Below are positions 14,152 to 26,256 of a stretch of DNA of 43,112 nucleotides, one piece after another. The notes under the pieces were generated by a model, which searched no databases, was not told where the DNA came from, and saw only the letters and a program-made list of their open reading frames with translations. The DNA is from Moniliella sp. 'wahieum' (taxonomy: Eukaryota). Every line of letters begins with the position of its first letter. The first letter of the stretch is position 1. The position numbers and the translations under genes were made by a program. The stretch is from assembly GCA_003971905.1 (NCBI GenBank), contig RSEE01000027.1, positions 682,001 through 725,112 of the forward strand, read 5' to 3'.

Positions 14152-15085
14152 CTGGAGGCCCCACTAGATTGTTGTCGGGCACCTGATCGGTGCTCTCTGG
14201 CACCGTATCCGCTTGTACCTTGCTCGTTTTTGGCCAACTAGGACCGTGGTTGTCCATATCGATGTGGGGGTACACATACAGTGCTATGTTCCACTTTTGT
14301 CTTTCGTTTCTTCCCCTCTAATTCCACCCTCCCTTCTACCCTTACTAGGTCTTTATGATCGCGGCTCGTCCTCTACCACCCAACATGCCCCTGTGGCGTT
14401 ATGTCTCTCTCTATCGTTTTTTGACTGGAGCCACCGTTCGCGCGGTTTGTATAGGCTTTTAGTGCTCTTTCGCCTCTCCCGATCTTTGTGGCAGCATGCC
14501 CATGTGTCTTTCATGTAATAGCCACACATCCAGCACTAGCCAAGCAGAGTCAGCAGGACATGGACAAGCCGCCCAAGGTTTCACCCCTGCCCGATGTACT
14601 TCTTCCTCATCGACAAAAGCCCTTGGAACAATGCCTCGTCTCTCTCTTCCGCGTCGCGACCACGGGAATTTGTCTACATAGTATCCTCTGTCGTCCGACT
14701 ACCACTCAATACGAAATCAAATGCTCGTTAAGCGAGAGCCACTGAGGGAAACCAGGAGCGCCCAAAGCAGAACCGTATAGCAAGTGGAAGCGGATAAGAT
14801 CGGAAACGCAGTGGAGGTATGATTCAGGAGTGTGTGACATATGGATACGATCTTCGAAACGTAAGTGTGGAGGTATCATACAGAGGTGTTATCAACAGCA
14901 AAGGCAAGGTGAGCCGGGATTCAGTTAGGTGGGAGTGAAGACTCGAGTGAGATAAAGGGTGGGAGGCGGTGGTGGGAGGCGAGGGGGTATATAGAGCCCC
15001 ATCCTCCTGACCGCAGCACCTGAGGGAAACTTAACAGATCTCTCTCATTCGGTCGGTCGAGGGGGGAGCAAGCTCGTTCGTTCAT

Positions 15086-16745
15086 TTACTTGGGGCGAGA
15101 TCGGTGGGACCGTCTGGGTGGTGGGTGGGTGCATGAGAGTGCGTCCGCCACGGCAGAGAAGGGAATGCGCAACCAGTGTTTATCTTGACACTTGACCGGC
15201 CGTCCTCTGTTCTCGGACCCTGAGGGTGCAGGCAAGGTCACGTCTCGTTTGCACACGGGGCGGCAGCGGCGTCGTTGGCCTAGCAACCACTCATCCACCT
15301 CTTTCTGATGGAAAATGTGGCCACAGGGCAGGACACGTACCCATTCTCCCTCCAAAAGTGACCGACAGATGGCACATTGGTCCGAGTAAAACCAACTCCG
15401 ACCTGGCGGTAGCAATCCCATCGACTCGGCGGCAATGTACCCTCTAGCACTGCGCCGGGTGTCACCGTCCCGAAGCCAGCCGTCGGCTTCGATGTCCTCG
15501 ATTTCTTCCCCTGTTCGGAATGCGGCCAACCCTACGCCGGTGGACGATTCGCCGTGGCCCCACCCTTGAGGCGGGTGGGTTAGGCGACCCTAGGCAAGCC
15601 AGGCATGCTGGCTGAGCCCCAGGGAATGCCGTTGCCGTGGACGATGAGGAAAGGCAATTGCAGCACTACTACTTCGGGCGGCGCGCGTCTCCTCTTGTTC
15701 ATCTGCCCGCTCTCGCTCCCGCTGCCGCACACACTGCGCCACCGAATCAAACGTAGTAGGGTACAGCGCACTAAGCAAGACGGCCAGCGGACCCACCAGG
15801 TCGGCAGCCGAGCTGAGAACACATATACAACAGAACAAGTCAGCCTGGTCAGCGTACGCAACTACAACGTACACATCTGCCCAACGACCCTTCCCCGTGG
15901 TCTGCGTCATCGTACAGAACCACCTCGATCCCAACTGGTTCCGCCGCCTCGCGGTTTGGCCAGGACCTCTGCCGGATTTGTGCGCCAAGTCGGAAAGCAA
16001 GCGCTGCAGGTCGAGCAGGCTGGGCCGGGTGACAAAGTGAGCGGGGATCCTCACGTCGTCCGCGGCGCCCGTGGCTTGCATGGTGACCAGCTGCTTGTTG
16101 GCCAAGCCCGGGTCCACCGTTTGGTTCACGCCCGTGCCGAACTTGTCGCTGGCACCGCCTTGCTCACGTCTGCTCGGCGCATCCCCGACCACCACCGCAC
16201 GCGCGCCCAGCGCCTGGGCCAGTCGCACCTTGGCTACAAACGAACAGTTGCCACCACGCTCCACCAGCGCAATCCAATCGCCCGGTGGCGGAGGCGAAGA
16301 TAAGGGCAAGATAGAGGACGACGACTGAGGCCCAGGCTCAGGCCCCGGCCCAGGCTCAGACGGACAGGCATGCATCGCATTCGATTGCGCCTTTGCCCCG
16401 CGGTCGCCGGAGACATCGGGGACCAGGTAGTGGGAAATGGGCAGAAGCGTACCGCGCAGCCCCGAGGGCTGCCGTATTGCCTGTCCAAACGCGGCTCGAC
16501 GCGTATTGTAGCTCGCTTGGGAACGTACCACTTCCAGTACGCTCCGGCGCGACGTCTGCGCCAGCCTGGGAGGCAAAGGAGCACTTACAGCACGGAGGCT
16601 TGCTGCTCGCTTTGCCTCGGAGGCCAGACTGCTAGTGACGTGCCGGTGGATACCGTCGCCATACAGGGGAGGGCGAGAAGGGCAAGCAGGGCGAGGAGAG
16701 GGTGCTGACGAGGTGCGCGATGGAGTTGGGGCGGCCGATGCGCAT
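15086..16745 (-). CDS. PA-domain / TM / RING-H2 E3 ubiquitin ligase (RNF13/RMR-like)
   Basis: PA domain WIALVERGGNCSFVAKVRLAQALGARAVVVGD. RING-H2 CAIC...VRVLPCGHIFHQKEVDEWL...C-PVCK. Hydrophobic N-terminus LLALLALLAL. Probable intron 15813-15872. Ends approximate. Confidence 0.88.
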
Positions 16746-17000
16746 GGCTGTGGTGCGATGGACAGGGAGGCGGGGTGGTGTCGGTCGGGTATATCAACTC
16801 CACAGCGCAGGCGGCGGTACGCTGGAAAGGCGCAAACACCAGCAATCCACCCACGCAAAGCTCACATTGTGATACCTTCGCGGCGCTCGGGGGGCCACTT
16901 GATGAGATAGATAGGGCGATAACAGCAGTAAATAGCCCCCTGTCAAGGCAGTAAGATCCACACTGATGATAAGGCACGCCTCTTTGAAAAGTGCATCGAT

Positions 17001-17093
17001 GGCGAGATAGCGAAGTGGTTAACGCGCTGTGTTTAGGTTCTCTGGCCTCAACCGCAGTCCTCCGGGGCGTGGGTTCGAACCCCACTCTCGTCA
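17001..17093 (+). tRNA. tRNA-Leu(TAG) with a 14-nt intron
   Basis: Acceptor stem GGCGAGA/TCTCGTC; anticodon stem CTGTG/CGCAG; anticodon TAG at 17034-17036; intron 17038-17051 after position 37; long variable arm; T-arm GTGGG-TTCGAAC-CCCAC; downstream T-run. Confidence 0.93.
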
Positions 17094-17269
17094 CTTTTGT
17101 CGCTCCATATTTTTTAACCCCCTTATTTATGCTTAAGTTCCGTGGCCTGGCTCGCCCCCCCCTCCCCACCATCCCCAGTCCCGCAGGGTCTGCGTTTTAC
17201 TTTTTGCAGGTATCTGTATGCGCATCGTACCCACACAGATCAACTCGCTCTACACTCTTGGGCTCGGGG

Positions 17270-19950
17270 CCACCTGAGGGCCTGAGGCCTTGAAGCTTGA
17301 GGATTGCAGCATGTGTTTTGGCTGGCCTCGCGCCACTTGTCGTGTGGCAGGTGGGTATGAAATTTGTGCAAGAGAAGAGAGCAGAGACCTTCTGGATGAG
17401 GCAGGTGGTAGATGCACTTGAAGCTTGAAGCCCAGGAAGCGAGGCACAGCAAGACGCAGCGCTGGCGCAGCGCTGGCTTGAAGTTGGGTTTGCTGCCGGC
17501 GGGCGTTGAGAATGGTGTGGTGGGGGTGACAGTGCGGGACAGTACGCACCTGTGATATGTGATACCCATCGGAGTGGACCAGGGGCCTGGTCAGAGGTTT
17601 GCGTTTACGCGTTTAGTTTACGCGTCCAATTTGACAGCCTTATGAATATGACCCCGCCAAACCCTATCATATTTATCCCATCGTACCCGGCGGCACTGTC
17701 ATGATGCATGATGCATCATTTGTTTTCTCTTTTCTCTTTTCCCTTTTCTCTTTCCCCCTATGACTTCGCTCGTCTTGGGCCTTAGGCGTTCGCGGGCTTG
17801 AGGCCCTGAGAGGTTGTAGATGCTTTTTGCTGAGCGTTGAGCTCAGCATGAGCGTGAGCAGCAAACCAAATGTGATTTCCGTCACGAAAAAAGTAACCGC
17901 AGAGTGTTATAGCCTAGGATAAAAGGCGTCGGTAGCCGGGAATCGGTAATCGGTAACCGGTAATCGATAATCATCCGGTGGGCCTGTAGTCGGCACACCT
18001 GAAGCCATGCATCATGATGCATGAGATACGCGTCAAGAAGTTTGGCTTGAAGCTTAAGCTTATTCCGACTCACCGTTTGCACCGCGCTGTAGATCGGTGT
18101 GTGGAACGTGGAAGGAGTGCCCGTGCGAGCGTCGGACGTGTTTTGAAGCTGAAGCTTCAACCAAGGTTCAACTGGACCTTCAAAAACATCTTTAACGTTC
18201 AACGTCGCACGTGTGGAACGTTGAAGACGCATTGACGCGTTGACGGGCCGATGGCAACGATATAGGACTGCTTTCGCGCGCATATGTGTATCCCTAACAT
18301 TGGGATCTGCAGCAGGATCTACACTGTGTATACTGGATCGGTCCTTGTCAACATCTTATCCGTCGAACACTCACCCGCCCCCCTCTCGGTCGTCACCATG
18401 ATGTCACCGCAACCGTTAACACCGGGACCCCCTTTTTGTTGGGGCGATGCCCCACAATCAGCACGCAATCCTGGGTGATATATAGGCATCACTCCTGTTA
18501 TCCGCCCGGACGCTCCCTCTGCTCCCCGATACCCTCTCCGCTTTACAAGGTCCTGCCCTTCTCATAGCCTCCTGTATCTCTCCTCAGAGCCCCCGCCACC
18601 ATCTCCTCTCAGATCTCAGATCTCACTCCCCTTAGCAGGCTAACCTAGATGCAAGCTGGCTGGGGCAGTTCTTCATTTTATTGGGTTCTGTGGTGGCCAG
18701 CGACGACGATGTTAGCCGGTCAACTTCAACGTTGTGTGTGTGGACGGGTTGATGAGAGTGCGAGCTATGGATGGATGTCGATGAGCTCGATGAGCGTGAA
18801 AGCCCTGTGTGACATGTGAGTACGTGTGTCTCGCCAGATCTCACTACTCAGACTGAGTACCTCAGTACTCAGACTGAGTGTACTGAGTACGAGTAGTAGT
18901 GACATGTGACATGTGCCATGTGACGCGCATTATGTTGCATCCATTTCGCGTTACGCGTTACGCCTTACGCGCTACGGTCCTCTTGCTGATTCTTATTGAA
19001 CAGCTGCAACCCACAATTTACCTATCGTTACGCGTACGCCTCACACATGTCACAGGCCTCATTGACCTCTTCGGTGCCTTAGATCCCCCTATATGTTACG
19101 CCTTCGGGTGTCACATGTCAGGTTCTGTGTTGCTAGTCACTTGTCCGTCCGTAGTTTTGTGACGCCGACTGTTACACGTCACGCTAGCCTCGGATCCGCC
19201 TTAGGGCCTACGGCCTCCTGAGGCTTGAGGCTCAAGAGCTTGAGGGGCCTGAGGCGACCTGCATTATGTTGCATCCATTTGGCGTTACGCGTTACGGTCC
19301 TCTTGCTGATTCTTATTGAGCAGCTGCAACCCACAATTTACCTATTGTTACGCGCACGCCTCACACATGTCACAGGCCTCATTGACCTCTTCGGTGCCTT
19401 AGATCCCCCTACATGCTACCCCTCGGGTGTCACATGTCAGGTTCTGTGTTACTATAGTCACTTGTCCGTCCGTAGCTTTGACACGCCTATCGTCACGTCA
19501 CACTAGCCTCAGAGGCCGCCTTAGGCCTTAGGCCTTAGGACCTCTTGAAGCTTTTGAGAGCTTGAGGCTTGAGGCCTGAGGCCTGACCGGGACCCCGCCT
19601 GACCGCCTGGGCCTGAACCAGGCCTCAGTGCCTCAGGGCTGAACGGGTCTTCTCCGGCACGCTGCAGCACGACCCTCAGGCTGAGATCTCTCACTAGGGA
19701 TTTGCCGCTTGCCAGGATAGTAACTAGGATGTCTAATGCCGGCGGTGCATAATGCAAGTCACATGTCATCTATGACATGACACCTCCTTCTGGGCCTTGC
19801 TGGGTCCATTTGTTCGAGTCAGCGCTCAGCTCATCAGCGCATCAACGCCAGCCTCGCTGTCTGCTTTTCTGCCACGAAGATCACATTGATGCCTGACAGA
19901 GGTCTGGCCGCCTGCTGGCGCGTGATGCATGATGCATGACGCGTGACGCA
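17270..19950. repeat. Gene-free block dense in 7-nt-period (TNA + 4-nt palindrome) micro-arrays
   Basis: Examples: cttgaagcttgaag 17417; catgatgcatgatg 17700; TAA at 17947/54/61/68; tctcagatctcagatctca 18607; tgacatgtgacatg 18900; (gcgttac)n 18948; (ccttagg)3 19519; TGA at 19563/70/77/84 and at 19923/30/37/44. Confidence 0.85.
18927..19590 (+). repeat. Diverged tandem duplication, period 334 bp (two copies)
   Basis: Copies start with gcattatgttgcatccattt at 18927 and 19261 and share long near-identical blocks (ggtcctcttgctgattcttattga...cacatgtcacaggcctcattgacctcttcggtgccttagatccccct...). Confidence 0.95.
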
Positions 19951-20432
19951 CTACTCCATCACGCATCCTGCACATCATCGACCATCATGCACATCATGCC
20001 GCATGTGCATCCCCTCAGTTTCTTCCCGCCTCTCGCGATCCACACAAAATGTTGTGCCCTGTGCCTGTGTTGCCGTGCCAGGCCCCTCGGTCTTCGGGGT
20101 TCTTTCTTTCCTCCGCTGGAACCCACGGACCCCGACGACGGCAATGCAGGCAGCTCTAGGTTACTTATATTAAGCGTTTCCTCCCTTTATCTTCGCGCCC
20201 GCGCTTCCTCTTCCGTCGCGTTCCGTCCAGCGCTCCCTCCTTGCGCTCTTACGGTCCGGACATCCAACACCACTTCCACCACTTCCACCACTTCCACCTG
20301 CTTCACCCCCCACCCCGCCCGCCGCTCCCTTTACCCTACACTGGCTGCTTCATTATGCAGTCACGGAAGGGATCTATTGCTCCCCCCCGCCCCCTCCCCC
20401 CCGCCCCAAGGCCAACCCAAGCAGAGCCCAGT

Positions 20433-22331
20433 ATGCCCCGTATTGAGTCTTCCTGTCTGTATCCGACTCTACGACACTAGTCTGAACCGTGACCGGCACT
20501 CTCCTCTCGCCCGTCCTGACTCGACAACAACGGTGTATGACGGTTCCGCCACGCCAGCCAGCAAATTGTCCAAGGACGATCTCCATCCTTCCTCTCGCAC
20601 GGCCAGTGCTAGCGCCGCAGTCAATGCCTCCACCATTGACGAAGCTGGCAACGAGTGGGTGCCAATCCACCGCGCAAACCTTACGCTAGCAAATTTCGGA
20701 ATCCTGGATGGGTTCCTCCACTCCCTCCACTCCCTCCACCCCCAGGATGGATCTGCCAGCTCCCTCCACTAACACTTATTACATCGAAGAGACGTCCAGG
20801 GTCGATTTGGAAGAGGTGTGTTCATATTTCTCTCGCTCGAGACCATTGAGTGAAAGATGAGAATGACTTGTGCCTAACCCGGTTCTCGTTCTGTGTGCGC
20901 CTGATCAGACTCCAGCCGGCGAAAAGGCCCCCGGGGCAAACGGTGCTGATAGAGCCAAAACTGATTTAGGGCATGAGCTGTCCCCCACCCAAAGCTTGGG
21001 TTAGGCGCTACCGATGGTGGCTAGTTTGCCTTCTCGTCCTCGTCGTCTTGGCAGTTGGGCTTGGAGTGGTTTGGGCGCCGGCCTGTCGTCTAAAGACTCT
21101 TCCCAAGGTCATCCTGCGAGCAAGCATCACCATCGCCCACTTGACTCGAGCGGCAACGACCCTAGAAGATCACCCCACTTCCTCGATGGAAGTGGTCCAA
21201 CCCTTCTTCCAAGGCCTACGGTGTCGGTCTAGGCAACTGGCTTGTTCACGAGCGATGGATCGACGAGAATTGGTGGGTGACCTATGCTCCGAATGCAGGG
21301 GACGAATGGACCTTCCACCAAACACTCGGGAACCAAACCACCAAGGTATTGGATGAATATATGTCCACCTTTATCAACGAGACTGACGTGGAGTTGATGA
21401 GCCAAGTGGGCATCAACATGGTCCGTATCCCTGTGCTTATTGGTTTTGGGTCCCGACCCAAGGCGACGAACCGTACATCAACGGAACCCACCTTGACCAT
21501 CTGACCCAGATGATGGGCTGGCTATGGAAGCGCGGGATGCGCGCAGTGATCGACCTGCACCAGATGATGGCTCGCAATCGGGCGATCAGGCCAGTGGACA
21601 ATCCACCCCTCATCCCACCTGGTGGAACTCTACGAACCAGGACCGGTCGGACGAACTGATCCACGCGCTGGTCGCTTGGCTCAGCACCACCCCTACCGTT
21701 CTGTTGTGGCGGCAATCACACCGGTCAACGAGCCCAACGCCCGATCGGTGCCACCCCGAGCCACTTGCAAACGACCATGGCCTTCTACAACCAACTTACC
21801 CTGTTCTCTCCGCTGCCAACATAACCATGTTTTTCCACCATGGATTTGCACCCAACCCGGCCGAGTACTGGCACGATTTCGCGCAGGATAAGGATCCCGA
21901 CCTTCTTGTATTGAACGACAACCCCTACCCAGGCTTTTACCCGGCCAAGAACACACCATCCGACGTGTACCAGTCCGTCTGCAACAACGTGAATAACTAC
22001 GTCTCCTTCCCTGTGCCCACCGTCATGACGGAATGGAGCTTGATCAGCGGTATCGTGGGCAACGCAACCGTTCAATGCGGAGTACTTCCAAGCGCAGGCA
22101 TCCGCATACGGCTGGTCGGGCGGTAGCTTCTTCTGGAGCTACAAGGTGCTGAAGTCTAGCCACCCCACCTATGCCGCAACGGCCATCTGGCAGGCCCAGT
22201 GGAGCTTCTTCTCCCAGCTTCAGGCCGGCAATGTCCCACGGGTCCAACCGGGCCAGAACCCTCAACAGTTCTTCACTTCCCTCTCCAACCAGCCCTGTGG
22301 CCCGGCGCCCGAAATGAGCTGGTCGCGCTAA
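20433..22331 (+). CDS. GH5 glycoside hydrolase (exo-beta-1,3-glucanase-like) with N-terminal TM anchor
   Basis: TM WWLVCLLVLVVLAVGLGVGLG. Motifs NWLVHERWI, DEWTF, GINMVRIPV, AVIDLH, acid/base VNEPN and nucleophile MTEWS. Probable intron about 20655-20908. Frameshifted; start uncertain. Confidence 0.88.
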
Positions 22332-23663
22332 CCTTTCACCCAACCTCATTCATCGTTCACGTTGAAGTCTGGTCTGTTCGTTCGACGTTCGTCACTAGTC
22401 TTCGTTCAACGTTTATATATCTCCCCTTTCCTGGCGGTTGCTTTTCCGCCGAATGACACTCCTTCAACTCCCTGCACACCCGCCCAGCTGCCCCCCTCTC
22501 ATCCATTCTTTCCTTCTAGTCCGGTACCTGCTGTTGCGTTCCCTACTTCCCACTTGCCTCTTCTCTTCCCGTTCGCATTCTTTTTGCTGAAGACCACACG
22601 TGTCTTTCCTTTTGCGGATGCTCTGGGCCCGTGCAGTTCGTCATGCCACCGTCCAACTATCTATTTTATTGGCCTCATCATCTTCTCCCGCTTCATAACA
22701 TCAGTTACAATGGAAGTGGCCGAATAAGTAGTTGCTATCTGCAAACATTGTGGTAATGGATAGCCGAGCAAGCAGAGGGCCGTCACACGTAGTTCCATCC
22801 GTCAGCATTCGTGCCCTTCATGTCCCCGGCTCTCTTTATCGGCCCTTCTCGCAAATTGTTCAATGTGGGGCTTACGCTTACTGTCGGGACCAGACACTGC
22901 AGACCCACCTGGTCACCCATAGTTACCAGGTTAACTGTGGCCCCTTTTGTTCTAGACCCCGTTTTCCCCCTTTGTCTATGCCCCCCCTTGCTAAGGTAGT
23001 ACTAGGGTTCACCTGCACTCTCTCCAATGGATAGGTGGTGCTCGCTTTCGCCCCTTGCGCGGGCCAAGCAAGCATCCCCCTTTGTCTGTTTCGACTTGAG
23101 GCTTGGCTCTTGTCTTCTTCCCTTCAGCTTGCTTGAAGACTTGTGGCTGACTGCCTTGCCTTATTGCACGCCTTGAAGCTCATCTTTCGTGCTGCCCATA
23201 ATAGCGTTCCCTAGCCGCACTCTAACACCCCTGTCTTTCTCTGTGTGATTTAGCTCGCATGTTCTCTTCTTCTCCGAGGCATATATCCCTCGCCCCTTTC
23301 CACTCGATGAATGTATGATCCTCACCCTTTCCCCCATCTCCAACTCCATCTCCTGTTACATATTGAGGTCTGGCAGGGAAACTCACTAAAGACTCTATGA
23401 TCTAGACAACTATGGCACCGCGCCGCAACACACTCTAGAACTAATAAGTGTAGAGACCAACCGAGATTAAGAGGGGAAACTATTAGAGGGTATGAACAGC
23501 ATACATATCGTTCAAGCTTCATTTCACGCGAGCAGGAGACGGTGCAGACGGATAAATAGGACATCCAAAGCAAAGAGAGAGCAAGGGAAGGGGAAGAGGG
23601 GGTAAGAGAGACAGACAAATAGGGGCAGCACAGCCAACAGTACAGGTGGCACGGGAGGCACGC

Positions 23664-26256
23664 CTAATGGTTGCGCAGCCGACGGTGGCGCTGTAACGCA
23701 TCCCTTCGGCTAAACACGATCCCACACCCTTTCACCCCATCGCACCGGTTCTCTCCCACCGCCAACGTGCGCGCCAGTCCACCTCTTTCCCCAGCACCAC
23801 ACATTGCCCCACTTCAATCCGCTTCTCCCGCACCCACCGACTTTCTTCCTTTGCATGGATCGATTCCCGATGCGCGCCAAATCGTAGTACCGATTGCACT
23901 TGGTCCCACACCGTTCTCCCGTCAACGGACTGGTATAATCACACCAAAATGTCCCTTTGCTCCCCACGTTGGGAGGCTTGGTCAGTCGTGAACCTGCCTG
24001 CGGCACCTTGGGATGCGCTTGCGATCCCGCCAGCTTGGGGCGTTAGGTCGGCGGTATCTGCATATCGTCCCCGATCCCATGGGCCTCTGTCCGGGACCCG
24101 GACACCGATCCGGACGACGGGTGTGGGATGAAGCTCGGCCGAAACCGAGCCAAGCCGACCCCGCCCATCATCCAGCTGAGGCAAGGATGCAGCGGTAAAG
24201 ACGGGGGAGGCGAAGAACCGGGTGCTGCGGGCGGGACAAAGGGCAAATGAGCATCGAGATGTGCGACGGCAGCGACGCTTGGCGCGGAACGATTGGCACC
24301 CAAGGCCGCTCCCACGAATGGTCTGCACTGGCTCGGGCGGGATGGGCCCCCAATCGCGTACCACGCAGGTCCGACGCTGGCGTCGGGCCCAAAGAGGCAG
24401 GGGAGCCCAAGGGCGGCCATTGGCATGCCCCCAGCGGCGAACGGAACACTCCATTGTACGTCCCTTGGCCCACTCGCCAACTCCTGCCAGATCGCCTGTC
24501 CCAGCATCGGCTCCCTCGGATGACGGCGCGAGTAGAGGAGCAGGATCCACGTCCCTCCCCACCGCCAATGGCGACCCCATCAGGGACAGGAGATGCGGCT
24601 CATTGGGCGACAGGAGATGGGGTTCATGCGGCGAGTGCGAGGCTAGCTTGGCAGTTGGTGCGTAGCTGGGCGACGGGTAGACTTCATTGGCCCCTTGCGT
24701 GTGCCCCGCACCTGGTTCCGTCATGGGCCGCGGGCGAGAGGGTCGCCAGAAATGGCCATTGTTGGGAGGGGCAGTGCAAGCATGGGCATGGAGAGAGGTA
24801 GGGGTCCCGGTACGCCTTCCACTCCCTGCATGGCGGCACCTCCATCGGCCCTGATGGCCGGCGGGTGCGACGCAGCGGGCCCAGCTGGACGAAGAGGGGG
24901 GAGGGAAAGGGAACGGGGTCTTCCGACAAGGATACAGGAGCAGCAGTACCTGTAGCTGTAACTGCCTCGGACGCTACCCAGGTAGAGGTGGGAAAGCAAG
25001 GTGATCCGAGGGAAGCGGCCGTATCCCCCGACGGTCGTCGAGAATGGAGGGTTGAACCAGGAGCTTGCTGTCCCTGTGGTCCCAGGCCAGGCTCGTGCGG
25101 GGCCGTATGTGTGCACCATCATTGATAACAGCGGGCGAAACGGTTGCGTGGAGAGACCGGCAGCCAGGGGAAACCGAAGGAGGCTTCGGGGGTGGGACAG
25201 ACGAGAGCGGCGGAGTAGAGTCCTGGTTCGAATATGGGACCAGTCTTATTTTCCGCGGCGGAGATCCAGAGGCATATGGTCCGTCCGCCGGAGATCCGGA
25301 GGCATATGATCCGTCTCGCGCCGGGTCTGGCCGAGTGAGCAGAGCAGCAGGCACAGCCATCGGGTCCGCCACCGACGCACGCTGCCACATCCGCCCGGCC
25401 GTGCTGGCCCACGAGAAGGAGGTACGGAGTTGCGAAGAGTGATAGGAAGGTGCAGAGCCGCGGCGAATGGGCGAGTCGGATCCAAGGTCCACGAGAGGCG
25501 AGAGAGCAAGCCCATCTTGTATCTGACGCCACCGAACTGCTTCGATCGGGGACCAGGGGCAATTGAGGAAAGACAGGAGGAAGCTGGAGAGACAGAACGG
25601 CGATAATCACATGTCAGTCGGTCCCATCTTGGCCGGCCCACCGGATATCCACAAGCACAACATACTGAATCAGTACCGGGGGGAGCATAGGCCAACGAGA
25701 GCGGCTCCCATCGGTGGCTGTTGTCGGCGGAAATGGAGAGCCCGGGGGCGAAGAGGGGCGACTGAGTGGGTGACAAAAGGGGGGGCTGGGAAGGCTGCGC
25801 GTCGGAGGCGGGAAGAAGGGCGGCGTCAAGATGAAACAAGGGTGCCGACGCAGAGGGGCCTGAGGGTGGAGGCGGAGGCGGAGGCGGAGGAAGGGACGAA
25901 GGAGATTGGGGCAGCGAATGGGGCGGCGGAGAGGGAGGGGGGGGGGGCGAAGGCGGAGGCGGAGGCGGAGGCGGATGCGATTGGAGCGGGGACTGTGCCT
26001 CGTGCGCAGGGGATGGGGCTGGTGCGGGCCAAGGCACGGCTGGGGGCGAGCGGGAGGGTGAGGGTGAGCAGCGGCGGCGGCGGGGGCTGCATACAGACAC
26101 GGACACAGACGCAGGCGCAGGAGCAGGCGCGACAGCAGACGCGACAGCAGACGCGACAGCAGGCACAGGCGCAAGCGGCTGCGCCGACGTGGTGGGGCAG
26201 GCCATCAGATCTCCGATCGCACGATCCAAGGGCACTGGGCAATGCGGGCCATGCAA
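23664..26256 (-). CDS. C2H2 zinc-finger transcription factor, Rpn4-like, with a Pro/Ser-rich disordered N-terminus
   Basis: Frame-corrected C-terminus FWCDYTSPLTGERCGTKCNRYYDLARHRESIHAKEE...CDGVKGCGIVFSRRDALQRHRRLRNH* (stop 23664-23666) fits the Rpn4 pattern YDLxRH..IH / FSRxDALxRH. Intron 25584-25665 (GTATGT..CTGAC..CAG). 5' end uncertain. Confidence 0.75.

Noticed and set aside
19519..19539. (CCTTAGG)3 as an interstitial telomere repeat
   Set aside because: The period is 7 and it is one instance of the general TNA-palindrome pattern, not TTAGGG.
18927..19590. CRISPR array or paired LTRs
   Set aside because: Only two long abutting copies, with no spacers, cas genes, internal domain, TG..CA ends or TSD; the context is eukaryotic.
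17270..19950. Cloning polylinker or vector (many HindIII, StuI, MluI, NsiI and BglII-like sites)
   Set aside because: The sites are dispersed, degenerate, tandemly repeated and found in many intergenic regions; no vector genes are present.
23354..23498. TGTT...AACA-bounded AT-richer segment as a solo LTR
   Set aside because: No target-site duplication and no second copy in the window; probably 3' intergenic DNA.
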